Shown: positions 63,854 to 64,000 of the stretch, in pieces | How the letters are laid out: every line of letters begins with the position of its first letter | Numbering within the stretch: position 1 is the first letter of the stretch | Source of the DNA: Zootoca vivipara | Taxonomy: Eukaryota | Reading direction: 5' to 3' | NCBI RefSeq assembly: GCF_963506605.1 | Contig: NC_083286.1 | Location: forward strand, 32,736,001 to 32,800,000 | DNA: 64,000 bases | Translations under genes and position numbers: made by a program | The notes under the pieces: generated by a model | The model's database searches: none | Seen by the model: the letters and a program-made list of their open reading frames with translations, nothing else | Told to the model about the DNA's origin: nothing

Positions 63854-64000
63854 ATAGGTAGGTAGCCGTGTTGGTCTGACATACGTAGTCGAAACAAAAT
63901 AAAAAAAATTCCTTCCAGTAGCACCTTAGAGACCAACAAAGTTTGTCATTGGTATGAGCTTTCGTGTGCATGCACAGTTCTTCAGATACTTGGAAGGAAT
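63854..64000 (-). mobile_element. Penelope-like element end, same family as 25702-25908; may continue past the window
   Basis: ggtaggtagccgtgttggtctga...cagtagcaccttagagaccaa...ggtatgagctttcgtgtgcatgcac. Confidence 0.8.
63952..63989 (-). ncRNA. Minimal type-I hammerhead ribozyme motif (Penelope type)
   Basis: Minus strand GUAU-CUGAAGA-A-CUGUGCAUGCACAC-GAAA-GC-UC-AUAC. Stem I (GUAU/AUAC) is intact; the stem II closing pair is mutated from G to C. Confidence 0.6.

Noticed and set aside
1-64000. Prokaryotic-type systems (CRISPR arrays, operons, defence islands) or an intact autonomous transposon or viral gene
   Set aside because: The sequence is vertebrate intronic DNA. There is no regular repeat-spacer array and no ORF longer than 178 aa.

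Overview
This is AT-rich vertebrate genomic DNA. The repeat content (BovB, CR1, L2, tRNA-head SINE with a CR1 tail, Penelope-type remnants, hAT and Tc1/mariner MITEs) points to a squamate, probably a lacertid lizard; that assignment is inference. The window appears to lie inside the autophagy E2-like gene ATG10 on the minus strand. Two phase-compatible coding exons are visible (15830-15704 and 10736-10639). I did not find the flanking exons, so the rest is presumably intron. Nearly all ORFs in the supplied track are noise or decayed LINE fragments. The most interesting items are: (1) a complete 2.1-kb L1-like retroelement with a 15-bp TSD, no ORF2 and one intact 152-aa acidic/basic ORF (1276-3378); (2) three Penelope-type minimal hammerhead ribozyme motifs; (3) an exact 156-bp templated local copy that carries one ribozyme plus unique flank; (4) a complete non-autonomous Helitron (34962-36166); (5) an OC1-like hAT MITE; (6) several nested insertions. 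Repeat family names come from motif recognition by eye, not from database searches.
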